NCBI RefSeq assembly: GCF_009914755.1
Contig: NC_060927.1
Direction: 5' to 3' (one strand)
Length of the DNA stretch: 64,000 nt
Origin: the human T2T-CHM13v2.0 reference genome, Homo sapiens
The notes beneath the pieces were generated by a model that saw only the letters and a list, made by a program, of their open reading frames with translations, was not told the DNA's origin and did no database searches. Shown here piece after piece: positions 40,553 to 53,340 of the stretch. Each line of letters begins with the position of its first letter. Position 1 is the first letter of the stretch. A program made the position numbers and the translations under genes.

Positions 40553-43500
40553 TCAAAGGATAAATATAGTAAAAGATGGGTCTTAATTTTTTCTTAGGAC
40601 TAAAGGTATGGATTTTTATTTTCTGTCCAATCAGTTATAAGAGAAATATGTTCAATTCAGATAAAATTTTTTGCATCTATGAGCCATTGAATGTCTCTGA
40701 TTTTCTACTCTAACAGTGTTTCCCAAAGTAAGGTGGTTATACAAGACAATCCTAAGTGGCACATGTCTAACATCTTTCAAATTATGTAGTTTTTGTCATC
40801 TGTACCAAGGAGGTATACCAAAGAAAAACAGATCAGATTAAAGTGGATATTTAAGTTGATAAATATAATAAGTAACTCATAGTGCAAGGGCTACTCAGAT
40901 ATGGCAGAAATCAAAGGGACGATAAGCAAATGACCAAAGTTTGAGAATGATGCACCATGGAACACTGCCTCCTGAGATACAAGTGGATCTATGGAACAGA
41001 ACACATTTGTATGCTAGCACCTGCACATACATTTTTTTTTTCTGCAGGTGAAGAGTTCTGTTGGAGGAGAGAGAGAGAGAAGAAAAACCTTGATCCACAT
41101 AGAGCTGGAAATTGAACTGGACTAGAAAGTTTGTGCAGCTGATCCCCACCAGCCTCAATAACTGGCTTAGAATTTCCTGTTTTACTGTGCATTTTTCCCT
41201 GTTCAGTACTTCTGAATAGTCACATGAGTGAAAATTGGCATTTGGAAAGTAAAAGTTCTTTAGCACAAACCCTGAAGGTTGTATATACATCATTATTTTG
41301 CAGAGCCTGAGATAAGAAAATAGATGTTGATTTTAAACTAGGCCTGGGGGAGACAGCAAGGGTACAGTGGGCCTCTTGTTTTGTCTGACGGTCTTTCCTA
41401 GGAGCAGCGAGCCAGAGACACCCTCTTCCACCCCAACTTTATCCATTTGGTTCTCTAGAAGTTGTGTTCTCCCAAGACCCCTTGCACAGACTAAGGTGCA
41501 TTATTCAAGAATTGGGTCCCTAGCCTGCACCTGGACCCATCCCTGGATGTGGGATTAAGACTCCAGTTGGTCTTGCTCCAGTGGCTGAAGCTGTAAGATG
41601 AAAAGCTTGAAAATTCGGGGCAGCTGGTTTTCTTGATGTAGAGAAAGCCAGTGTTCAGTGAGGGGAAGCAAGGAAGCTAGCAGGAAAAGAGAAAAGAAGA
41701 GGATTAAGGAATAATTTCTTATTAATAATCTAATCTATTCCTATTAGATTATTAGATACTAATTTAATCTATTAAGGAATAGATTCCTTACAAGGACCCT
41801 AGTTAAGGCCCAGTTCATCCTGTTTTTCAGTTTGCTGAGACCCATTTCCCTGTTTTCCTTATGATAAATTTCCCTTTATGTTTAAGTTAATTGGACTTGA
41901 GTTTCTAAGACCAAACCCCAAAATTTCCCACCTAGGACAGAAAGCATTTAACACCTGATTTCCTATTGCAAAGGAGGCTTATTTAAAGTAGGGTGTACTG
42001 TGTGCAAAAGGCACAGCCTCAAAGTTTTTTTTGTGCTGGGAATTTATTCAAATTTGGCCTCTGTGTTTTTGTTTTATTTTTCACCCTTCAAGCAATATAG
42101 ACTGAATCTAGGAAAGCTTTAATTTTTAAAATTAAAACCAAAATAAAATTGTGCTGAATTAGAGCACTTATTTGTGAGCTCATGCTAAGCACTTGACATA
42201 CATTATCTCATTTATGCCTCATATCAACAGTTTGAGGTGAGTATATCCATGCTCTTGAAGGATAAGTGCTTAAGTAACCTGGGCAAAGCATCTAAGTAAA
42301 GTGTTGATGGAAGATTCAACCCCAGCTCTCGTTAATTTCTGAGGCTGGTGTACCTTACCCCTATGCTGTGCTACCTGTCAAAAAGCCCTTCAGAATTTAT
42401 TGTTATTGTATTTTAACTGATGTGAACAACAACGGTATCAGCATTAGACTTTATCTCCTAAGTATTGTGATGTTAAAATAAGCATCCTAAAATACAAATG
42501 GCTATGCAACATAACACGTTTGTAAATTAATCAAAGGTTTGTTGAATTGAACTCAACTAATTTGGTAACTAAAATTTGACAACAGTGGTGTGACCCAGAG
42601 ACTTTTGCTGCTTCAACCCATAATCTTCCATTCAATATTGTACTGAAAGTTGTGGCTAAAGTAAAAGTTAAAATAAGGTTTAAGCACATATTAAAGGACC
42701 AGCAGCTATAGTCTGGAACTTCAGGCTTGAGTTTATCCTTTCACTGCCATTCTCACTCTTTCTGATTAAAGAAAAGGCACAAGTGTACTCATCTGAAAGT
42801 CAGATGTTTGAGGAAGGGACTATCATCTCTATAAAAAATGGACTGACTTTCGCAGAAGACAAGGAGTGATAAGTCTCAGTTCTGAGCCTTGGGTTCCTCC
42901 AGTGAAGGCAAATTGAACGACACCGTCTAACGTCTTTACGATTCTATGAAGACTAGACTCTAAGGTAGGTGGGCTTCAGTCCAAACTACAGTTCCTTGAT
43001 AGAAATAATCAGAGGACAGCCTGCAAGATCCTCCACGTACATGCAGCCTCCACAATTCTTTGGTTGAAAAAATTAGCACCACGTGCTGTAAACATTGAAA
43101 TCTGTATTGCAAAACTGCCATTCGGGAGAGTTGTCCAGTCAACTCCAGTACCTCTGCTCAGGGAACACACCACACTTCTACAAAGCTGATTTCAGTGCTA
43201 CCACAAAGGGGCTAGGAAATAAAAAATGCTACAGAAAAGAGTAAACATATGATACCAAGTAGGTAAAAGGAAAGGAAGTGCAGGAGTGGGTTCTGAAGAC
43301 ATGAATGTTGAAAGGCCAAAGGAGTTTGCTGAACTCTTGCTAGGTTTCCCCAGGAGAGCCCTGATCTCCAGGAAATAGACCTGTTTGCCCATGTGCCCAC
43401 CCTTGCTGAGGCCCTCCACCTTGCAACAGTATCCAGCCCTTCAGAGCCAAGCCCTGAGATTTTCTTTCCGTCTGTCATCTAAGCAAATTTCTCACAAGTG

Positions 43501-43845
43501 CTTGTAAGTATATTTCTGGATTGCTTTATTCAGCTTGCTCATTGACAAGGGATTTGTAGTAATTTCTTACAGCAGCAGTAAAAAATGAATACAGATTTTA
43601 AAAATATAGAATATTTGTGTGACATTACATAGGATAGGTGAGGTGTTAAATAGAAATCTAAAAGCCTAAAGGGAAAAGAGTGACACATTTAACTTATTAA
43701 AAATAGAGAAAATAATTGTGAAACAACATTGGCAAAGGGTTAATATTCCTCATATGCAAAAGCTCCTATACATTAATAAGAAAAAAAACAAACTTTTTTT
43801 TTTCATTCTAAAAAGTAGGCAAAGTAGCCAGGCATGGTGGCTCAC

Positions 43846-44143
43846 ACCTGTAATCTCAGCACGTTGGGAGGCTGAGGCAGGAGGATCACATGAGCCCAGG
43901 AGTTTGAGACCAGCTTAGGCAACATTGTGAGACCCAGTCTCTACCAAAAAAAAAAAAAAAAAAAAGAAAAAAATAGCTGGGTGTGGTGGCTCACACCTGT
44001 AGTCCCAGCTACTCAGGATGCTGAAGTGGGAGGATAAATTGAGCCTGGGATGTCAAGGCTACAATGAGCCATGATCGCTCCACTGCACTCCAGCCTGGGT
44101 GACAGAGTGAGATCCCATCTCAAAAACAAACAAACAAAAAAAA
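43846..44143 (+). mobile_element. Alu (AluJ-like)
   Basis: gaggatcacatgagcccaggagtttgag; ggaggataaattgagcctgggatgtcaaggct; (CAAA)n tail. Confidence 0.9.
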
Positions 44144-44359
44144 GCAAAGCAAGTAAATAGAAGAAATATTTGATAATTTGTTACAGCAGCAATGGAATAG
44201 GAATACAAATTTTTAAATACCAAAGCGGTTTACAGAAGAAATATAAATTACAAAAATCATGGAGAACAATGTTCAACCTTGGTACATGTTAGGAAAATTA
44301 AAATTCAACTAATGGGAAATATTTAGCCCTTAAGCAAAAAAAAAAAAGATCAATATCCT

Positions 44360-44667
<308 letters not shown>

Positions 44668-45026
44668 TCAATATCACATTGGAAAAAGTATGGGGAAATC
44701 ACCTATCTATCTCTCTAGGAAGATGTCAATTACTATAGCATTTTTGAAGGTAATCTGGAAATACTACATTTTAAAATGGAACATATACTTTAACCAAGCA
44801 ATCTTAAAAGTCTAAAGAAAAAATGAATTCATATGTAAGGGTGTACATGCAAGGATATTTATTTCAGCACTGCTTATTAAAGAAAAACAATTTAAATATT
44901 TATTGATAGAGCAATGCATTCAAATTATTAACTATTTTAGATCTATTAAAAATGAATTCACATCATAAGAAAACAACAGATCTGAATCTAGGAAAGCTTT
45001 AATTTTTTAATTAAAACCAAAATAAA

Positions 45027-45252
45027 TACAGATGCAAAAATCTTCAACAAAATACTGGCAAATAGAATCCAGCAACATATAAAAAGGACTAAAAACCATG
45101 ACAAATAAATTTACCTCAGGAATGGAAGATTGGTTCAACATATAACTAACTAATGTAATTCCCCATATTTATAGAATAAAGGACAAAAACAATATAATCA
45201 TCTCAACAGACATATAAAAAGCATTTGACAAAATCTAACAGTCTTTCATGAT

Positions 45253-45283
<31 letters not shown>

Positions 45284-47430
45284 CAAACTAGGAATAGACA
45301 GGACCTTCCTCAACTTGATAAACAGCATCTATGAAAACCCACAACAAACATACTTAACAGCGAAAGACTGAACACTTACCCTGCTAAGATCAGGAACAAG
45401 TCAGGGAGGCTTACTCTTGCTACTTCTATTCAATATTGTTCTGAAAGTTGTAGCTAGAGTAACTTGGAAATAAAATTAAGTAAAAGCATCCTCATGCTTT
45501 AGAGAGCAGTCAGGAGCCCTGCTCCATGAGAAAACTTGTTCATAAAGGATCTTCGGGATGTTGATTTTCTGGCTGGAAACCTGTGTGACCAAAAGCGCCT
45601 TTGCCCAAGTTCTTGGCCAAGAAGAATGAGGTACGCAGACAAGTGAAGGGTGCACAGATGAGCTTTAAATGTTAGAACAGCTCAAAGGAGTCCTGCAGTG
45701 GGTAAGTCCTCTCTATGGGCAGGTCACCCTCAAGTGTTCAGCTCTCAGAAGAGAGGAGGTCCTGGAGAAGGTTACTCCTCTCTGCAGCTGATAGTCCCAA
45801 CGTCTCTGCAGGTCTCTGAAGCTCTCAGCAGAGAGGGTAGCTCCTCTCTGCAGCTGGTTTTCCAGACCATAGTCTCTCCCTTCTCGCATTCTCTGCCCTC
45901 CTTTGGCTAAGCCTGGGGCTGTTATGGACCTCAGAAGGAAGGAAGTGCATGCTCATTGGTCCATGGGCAGCCATGAGTGGGCCTGGAAGAGGCGTCACAA
46001 ATCCTCACTCAGGTCTCGGGACTGGCAGCCTGGCCCCTAGCCTTCAAGTCCTCCCTGGCCTGAAGGTGGGGCCTTACTGGGGATCTGCCTGCTTCTGCCC
46101 AGGAGCCTGTCTCCCTCCCTCAGCCGTCCGTGGCACCCAGGCTGCTGGCACCAAAGGGCACCTGCAGGCCAGCACTCAGCTGCCCTCATCTTATCCCCCA
46201 GAGAGAGCTGAGCCAGCAAGGAGCTGGCAAGTCACCACTGCCCCAAGCATGCGCCCACCTGGTCGGGCTGTGACAGCCCCCAGGCTTGGCCCTAACCCCG
46301 CTCCAAGATTGTAGCAGGTACGGGAGCAGGAAGACATGAGGCAGCAGGAGCAGGCAACTCCGAGCCTGCAAGGGCAGGGGGGCCTTCCCAGGCCCCCCAA
46401 GCTGCAAGGATGCCTGCATCTGCAGCCACAGTTTGGTTGGCTGCAACTGCGCCTCGCCTGGGGAGCGGGACTCCTGCCAGCTCTCTAAAGCAGAAGGCCT
46501 GGATCCACAGCCACAGCTTGGGTGGCTGAAGCCCTGCCCAGGAGGGTGGGGCTCCTGTGCATGCCCAAGTCCCAAAAGCATGGGATGCCCAGGTTGCAAA
46601 TGCCACTTAGGTGGCTGCAGTTGCACCTGGGAAGGTCCCGCCCCACCAACTTGGAAGGGGCAGGGCTCCTGCTTGTACCTGGCTCCCACCAGCTCCATGG
46701 AGCATGGCACACGGCTGTGCCCCCTTGCAGCCTGGGGGTTGGGGGTTGCTCTGGGTCCTCACTGGGCCTGGGTGGGCATCTGGGACAGGGGTGATGAGGC
46801 CAGGAGCTCCCCCTGTGGCTCCAGTGCTCAAGGGTGGCCTGGAGCTCCCCTTCACCAAGCCCACGGCCTGGTCCCATTGTGGTGGCCCCTAGGGTGGCGG
46901 GCTGCGGGAGGCGGGGGCAGGCTGTCTGCCACCTCCCCTTGGCCACACCAGATGGCCCACCACTGCCATCAAATGTTCATAGCAGCATTAGTCACAATGG
47001 CCAAATGTTCATCATGTGATGAATGAATAACCAAAATGTAATAGATCCATACAATGAAAGATTATTTGACCATAAAAAGGAACAAAGTACTGATACATGC
47101 AATAACATGGAAGAACCTTGAAAACATGCTAAGTAAAAATTCAGACACAAAAGTCCATATATTTTATAATTCCATTTATATGAAATGCCTAGAATGAGGT
47201 AATCTATACAGACAAAAAAGTTAGTAGTTGCCAGTAACGGGAGGAAAGACAATTCGAGAGTGACTGGTAATAGACACAGGGTTTCTATTTCGGATGATAA
47301 ACATGTTCTGGAATTAGATAAGGTAGATGGTTGCACACCTCGTGAATATACTAAAAACTGCTGAGTTATAAACTTTAAAAGAGTAAATAAATTTCATGTT
47401 ATGTCAATTATATCTCAATAAAAATGGGAA
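45027..47430 (+). mobile_element. L1MB-like element (ORF2 piece 45027-45490; 3' end 46972-47430) split by an LTR
   Basis: gatgcaaaaatcttcaacaaaatactggcaaatagaatccagcaac (RT region); aatgttcatagcagcatt...gtgaatatactaaaaac..tatatctcaataaa (L1MB 3' end). Confidence 0.8.
45540..46971 (-). mobile_element. MER52-family ERV1 solo LTR (GC-rich, ~1.4 kb)
   Basis: ggatcttcgggatgttgattttctggctggaaacc...gaagaatgaggtacgcagacaagtg at one end and ...cactgccatca at the other match MER52 termini as I recall them. This explains the pile-up of spurious ORFs. Confidence 0.75.
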
Positions 47431-47593
47431 AATGAATTAAACCATCTTTACTCACCTGGAAATATATCCCTGACTTACTACAATATGAAAGAAATACCAG
47501 CACAGAAAAGTATGGAAGGATTATCAAGCCATTAATATTGATTATCTCAGTAAGATCAAGTACAAAAGGAAAGTAAGAAATAATGTTTTCTGA

Positions 47594-48256
47594 CTGGGCA
47601 TGGTGGCTCACGTGTGTAATGCCAAGAGTTTGGAAGACTGAGGTGAGAGGATTGCTTGAGCCCAGGAGTTTGAGACCAGCCAGGGCAACATGGCTCATAA
47701 GGTTAGGCTTCGTGTTCCCACTCAAATCTCATCTTGAATTGTGATCCCCAGGTGTTTAGGGAGAGACCTGGTGGGAAATGATTGAATTATTGGGATGGTT
47801 TCCCCCATGGTGTTCTTGTGTTAGCAAGTGAATTCTCACGAGATCTGATGGTTTTATAAATGGTGGTTTTTTCCTGCGCTGACACATCCTCTCTCTCTCA
47901 CCTGCCACCATGTAAGACGTGTCTGCTTCCCCTTCTGCCATGATTGTAAGTTTCCTGAGGCTTCCCCAGGCATGTGGAACTGTGAGTCAATTAAACCTCT
48001 TCCCTTTATAAATTACCCAGTCTCGGGAAGTTCTTTATAGTAGTGTGAAAATGGACTAATACAATGGGAAAACGCATCTCTACAAAAATATTTTAAAAAT
48101 TAGCATGGTGGCATGCACCTGTGGTCATAGCTACTTAGGAGGCTCAAGAGCAAAGATTGCCTGAGCCCTGGAGGTCAAGGCTACAGTGAGACATGATTGC
48201 ACCACTGCACTCCAGCCTGGGTGGCAGAGTGAGACCCTGTCTCAAAAAAAAAAAAA
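47594..48256 (+). mobile_element. AluJ-like element split by a THE1 LTR
   Basis: Left arm 47594-47694; resumes at 48064 with linker, right arm and A tail. Confidence 0.85.
47695..48063 (+). mobile_element. THE1 (THE1D-like) MaLR solo LTR
   Basis: caaatctcatcttgaattgt...gtcaattaaacctcttccctttataaattacccagtctc...ggactaataca; 5-bp TSD atggc/atggg. Confidence 0.88.
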
Positions 48257-49859
48257 GTTTTCTTATAGACTTCAATATTGCTCAGCTTGCTATGAACAGG
48301 CATTTAATGGTTTACAAGAACAAGTAAAAGCACACACACACACTATTAAAAAGTGAGTATAAAATCGTGGCATTTAGCAAGTTTGAAACATTAAGCAAAT
48401 CACTTGGCTACTCCAGGCTTCAGTTTTCTTCTGCAAAAAAATGATTGGTTGGACTGGATGGCAACAAGGATGCTGAGAGAGACTTCAAACAACCCCAACT
48501 ACCAGGGAGCGAATAAGAAACAGCTGGGAGAAAGGAGAAGCTAGGAGTGTATGTTTCGAAAAACTCTCCAGAGGATTGATTCTCTTTTAATATCCTGCTC
48601 CCCCCATCCCCTCTACCTATAATAATCCCTGATACGAACCCTTATGGTTTTAAAAAAAACTCTTCTAAATATTCTCTATGACTCCTTCACTTGAAAGTCG
48701 AAGCTCCTATAATAATGCGTTAGCCTTATTTTCTAACATCTGATGAAGCAGAAAGACAGTAGGCTTTGCAATCATCACAAGCGTCAAGATCCTGGCTTGA
48801 CCACTGTGTTATTCAGCTATTATTGTATAACAAGCCACCTCAAAACTCAGTTGCTTAAGACAATCTGAGGGCCCCAGGAGTCCTTTGTAAGAATAGTTTC
48901 CAGAAAGACAAGGCAGGAGACAGATTACAGAGTGAAAAATGAATAGTGATGAGGACTTGTAGTCAGTGGGGTCTGGAGTGAAGGAAAGAAGAGAACAGTA
49001 GCTGGTCAGAGAAACAAAGTTAAAGGAAGGATGTGCGTGGTTAGTTAGCTTTTATTTGTAAACGAGGAGAGACTTAGGTATTTGGTAGATCCAAGAGACA
49101 GTTCTAATCTAGAAGTAGCAATTGAAGATACAGGAGAAGGTATAATCAGTGTAACAATGTTCTGTAGAAGATGACATAAATGAGAACTGAAAGCACAACT
49201 AAAGGATTTAACCTTAGAAACTAGTAGAAATATGACTTCATTTGAGATAAAAGATGAGAAAAATACAATGAATGAATGTAAGGCTAAGTGTAGGAATGGA
49301 GAAGAGGGTCACGAGAAAACTCATGTTTGGAAGGGCCTCTGTTCTTTCAGAAAGAGAAGGAATGAATAGTCTTCAGAGAGTGAAAGGCCAGAAGGATGGA
49401 GGATGGTTTGGAACTGGAGGAGAGGAGGACAGGGTTTAGAACAGGAAAGATGCCTTAAGAAGTCTTTGTGGAGATGCCCATCAACAGTAAGCAGTTTCCA
49501 TTAGCAAAGATGGGACACAAGGAGCAGTGTCAAGAAAATGAATGACAAAGACTTAATGAGGATTTCAATATCATCACAGTAGGTCAGACACCAAGGAGGA
49601 GAGAAGAATCTTCTAAAGAATATGCAACAGGGGAGTTAGAGGCACTTACAACTTGAGAATTACGAAGAAATGTGGCATGGCTTTGTATCCTAGGCCTATA
49701 AAATGGGAGCTAGAATAAGCAGCACAAGGCCTGGGACTCTGTGTTGATCACAAACATTTATTAAGCACTTGCTGGATTCCCCCACATGAAGCTAAGCCTC
49801 TGATAAGCATTATTTCATTTTGTTATCATAGTAATACTTTATAAGATATTGTTATTCTT

Positions 49860-50765
<906 letters not shown>

Positions 50766-52455
50766 AGCCTCACAACATCACAGAACAACAGAGCGAGGAT
50801 TCAAATGCAAGCTTGCCTGACTCTGGAGCCCATATTTCTCTTTGTAGATTATCGTTCACATTTCTCTTCTTAAATCTCCTGCGTCTAGCCCAGTTTTTAC
50901 CTCGGAGCATACGCTGAACAAACATGTTACTTACTTCTTAGGTAGATGTCTTCTTCTCACCTCTCATTATTCTGTTCCCTAGAAAATTTACATGGCATAA
51001 TGGATCATTGTCCAAAATTGGGAAAACATAGCATTGGTTATTAAAACTGTTATCATGTCATTGCCAAATAAATCTTCATACAATCAACCACTCACATCCT
51101 ATTCTTTTATGTGTTGGCAAGTCAAAAAACCTTGAATTCCTGAGACTTTGAGGAAAATACTGTGTCTTTCTTATATAGATGTTAACCAGAAATTACTTGA
51201 GTCTTCATATTTCTTTCTTGGATTTTTTGCTAGGCATATTAAATTTAAGGAGACCGAAATCACAATAGACACTGAAAGCATGACCTCTTATGATTAGAAG
51301 AATCATAACTAGTGTTGAAAGGTTGAATTTGCACAGAACCCAGATTTTTCAAAAATTATTTTATGAGTACATGTGCAGGCTTGTTAATATTGTGTGATGC
51401 TGAGGTTTGGGGTATGAATAATCCTGCCACCCAGGTAGTGAGCATAGTACCCAACAGGTAATATTTCTTTTTCTCTTTCCTTTTTGTGGGTACATAATAG
51501 GTGTATATGTTTATGTAGTACATGAGGTATTTTGAGACAAGCATGCAATGCATAATAATCACACCAGAGTAAATGGAGTATCCATCACCTTAAGCATTTA
51601 TCTTTTGTGTTACAAACAATCCAATTATACTCTTTTAGTTACTTTAAACTGTACAATTAAATTATCGACTATAGTCACCCTTTTGTGCTATGAAATACTG
51701 GTTCTTACTCTCTCTACGTTTTTGTACCCATTAGGCATCCCCACTTCCTCCCCCCGACCCCACAGTCCTTCCCAGCCTCCAGTATCAATTCTTCTACTAT
51801 CTCCATGAGTTCATTGTTTTAATGTTTAGCTCCCACAAATAGGTGAGAACATATGAACTTTATATTTCTGTTCCTAGCTTATTTCACATAACACAATGAT
51901 CTCCAGTTCCAATCATGTTGTTGAAAATGACAAGATCTCTTTCTTTTTTTAGGCTGAATAATACTGTTTATATGTACTACATTTTATTTTCCATTCATCT
52001 GTTGATGGACACTTAGGTTGCTTCCAAATTTGGGCTATTGTGAGTAGTGCTGCAATAAACAAGGGAGTGCAGAGATCTCTTTGATATACTGATTTCCTTT
52101 CTTGTGAGTATACACCTAGCAGTGGGATTTCTAAATCATATGGTAGCTCTACTTTTAGTTTTTTGAGGAGTCTCCAAACTGTTTTCCCTGTTGGTTGTAC
52201 TAATTTACATTCCCACTAACAGTGTATGAGGGTTCCCTTTTCTCCAGATCCTTGCCAGCATTTGTTATTGCTTGTTTTTTGGATAAAAGCCCTTTTAATT
52301 GGGGTGAGATAATATCTCATTGTAGTTTTGATTTGGATTTCTCTGATGATCAATAATGTTGAGCACATTTTCATATACCTGTTTGCCATTTGTATGTCTT
52401 CTTTTGAGAAATGTCTATTCAAATCTTTCTCCCATTTTTAATCAGATTATTAGAA

Positions 52456-52760
52456 TTTTTTTTTCTTTTTTTTTTTTTTTAGATGGAGTCTCGCTCTGTC
52501 GCCCAGGCTGAAGTGCAGTGTCACGATCTCAGCTCACTGCAAGCTCCACCTCCCGCGTTCACGCCATTCTCTTGCCTCAGCCTCCTGAGTAGCTGGGACT
52601 ACAGGCGCCTGCCACCACGCTCGGCTAATTTTTTGTATTTTTAGTAGAGACAGGGTTTCACCATGTTGGCCAGGATGGTCTTGATCTCCTGACCTCGTGA
52701 TCTGCCCACCTCGGCCTCCCAAAGTGCTGGGATTACAGGCATGAGCCACCGCGCCTGGCC
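52456..52760 (-). mobile_element. Alu (AluSc/Y-like) nested in L1MA
   Basis: Alu body; TSD-like attagatt. Confidence 0.92.
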
Positions 52761-53258
52761 ATTAGATTTTTTTTTCTAAGAGTTGTTTGAACTCCTTATA
52801 TATTCTGGTTATTAATACTTTGTCAGATTAGTAGCTTGAAAACACTTCCTCCCATTCTATGGGTTGTCTCTTCACTTCGTTGATTGTTTCCATTGGTGGG
52901 CAGAAGCTTTTTAACTTGATATGATCCCATTTGTTCATTTTTGACATTGTCGTTGTTGCACATTGTTCATTGTTGCACAGGCAACAGCCTGTGCTTGTGG
53001 GGTCTTACTCAAGAAATCCTTACCTACTCTAAAGTCCTGGCAAGTTTCCCCAATGTTTTCTTTTAATAGTTTCGTAGTTTGAGGTCTTACATTCAAGTTG
53101 TTAATCCTCTTTGATTTGATGTTTTTATATGGTGAGAGATGGGGTCTAGTTTCATTCTTCTGCATATGGATATCCAGTTTTTCCAGCATCATATATTGAA
53201 GAGACTGTCTTTTCCCCAGTGTATGTTCTTGACAGCTTTATTAAAAATGAGTTCACTC

Positions 53259-53340
53259 CCGGGAGGCAGAGCTTGCAGTGAGCCGAGATCATGCCACTGC
53301 ACTCCAGCCTGGGTGACAGAGTGAGACTCCGTCTCAAAAA
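53259..53340 (+). mobile_element. Severely 5'-truncated Alu (~80 bp) nested in L1MA
   Basis: ccgggaggcagagcttgcagtgagccgagat...gactccgtctcaaaaa, flanked by a perfect TSD aaaatgagttcactc. Confidence 0.92.

Noticed and set aside
45698-47026. Stack of long overlapping ORFs (up to 197 aa) on both strands
   Set aside because: They lie inside a GC-rich MER52-like LTR where stop codons are rare; the peptides are low-complexity with no recognisable domain.
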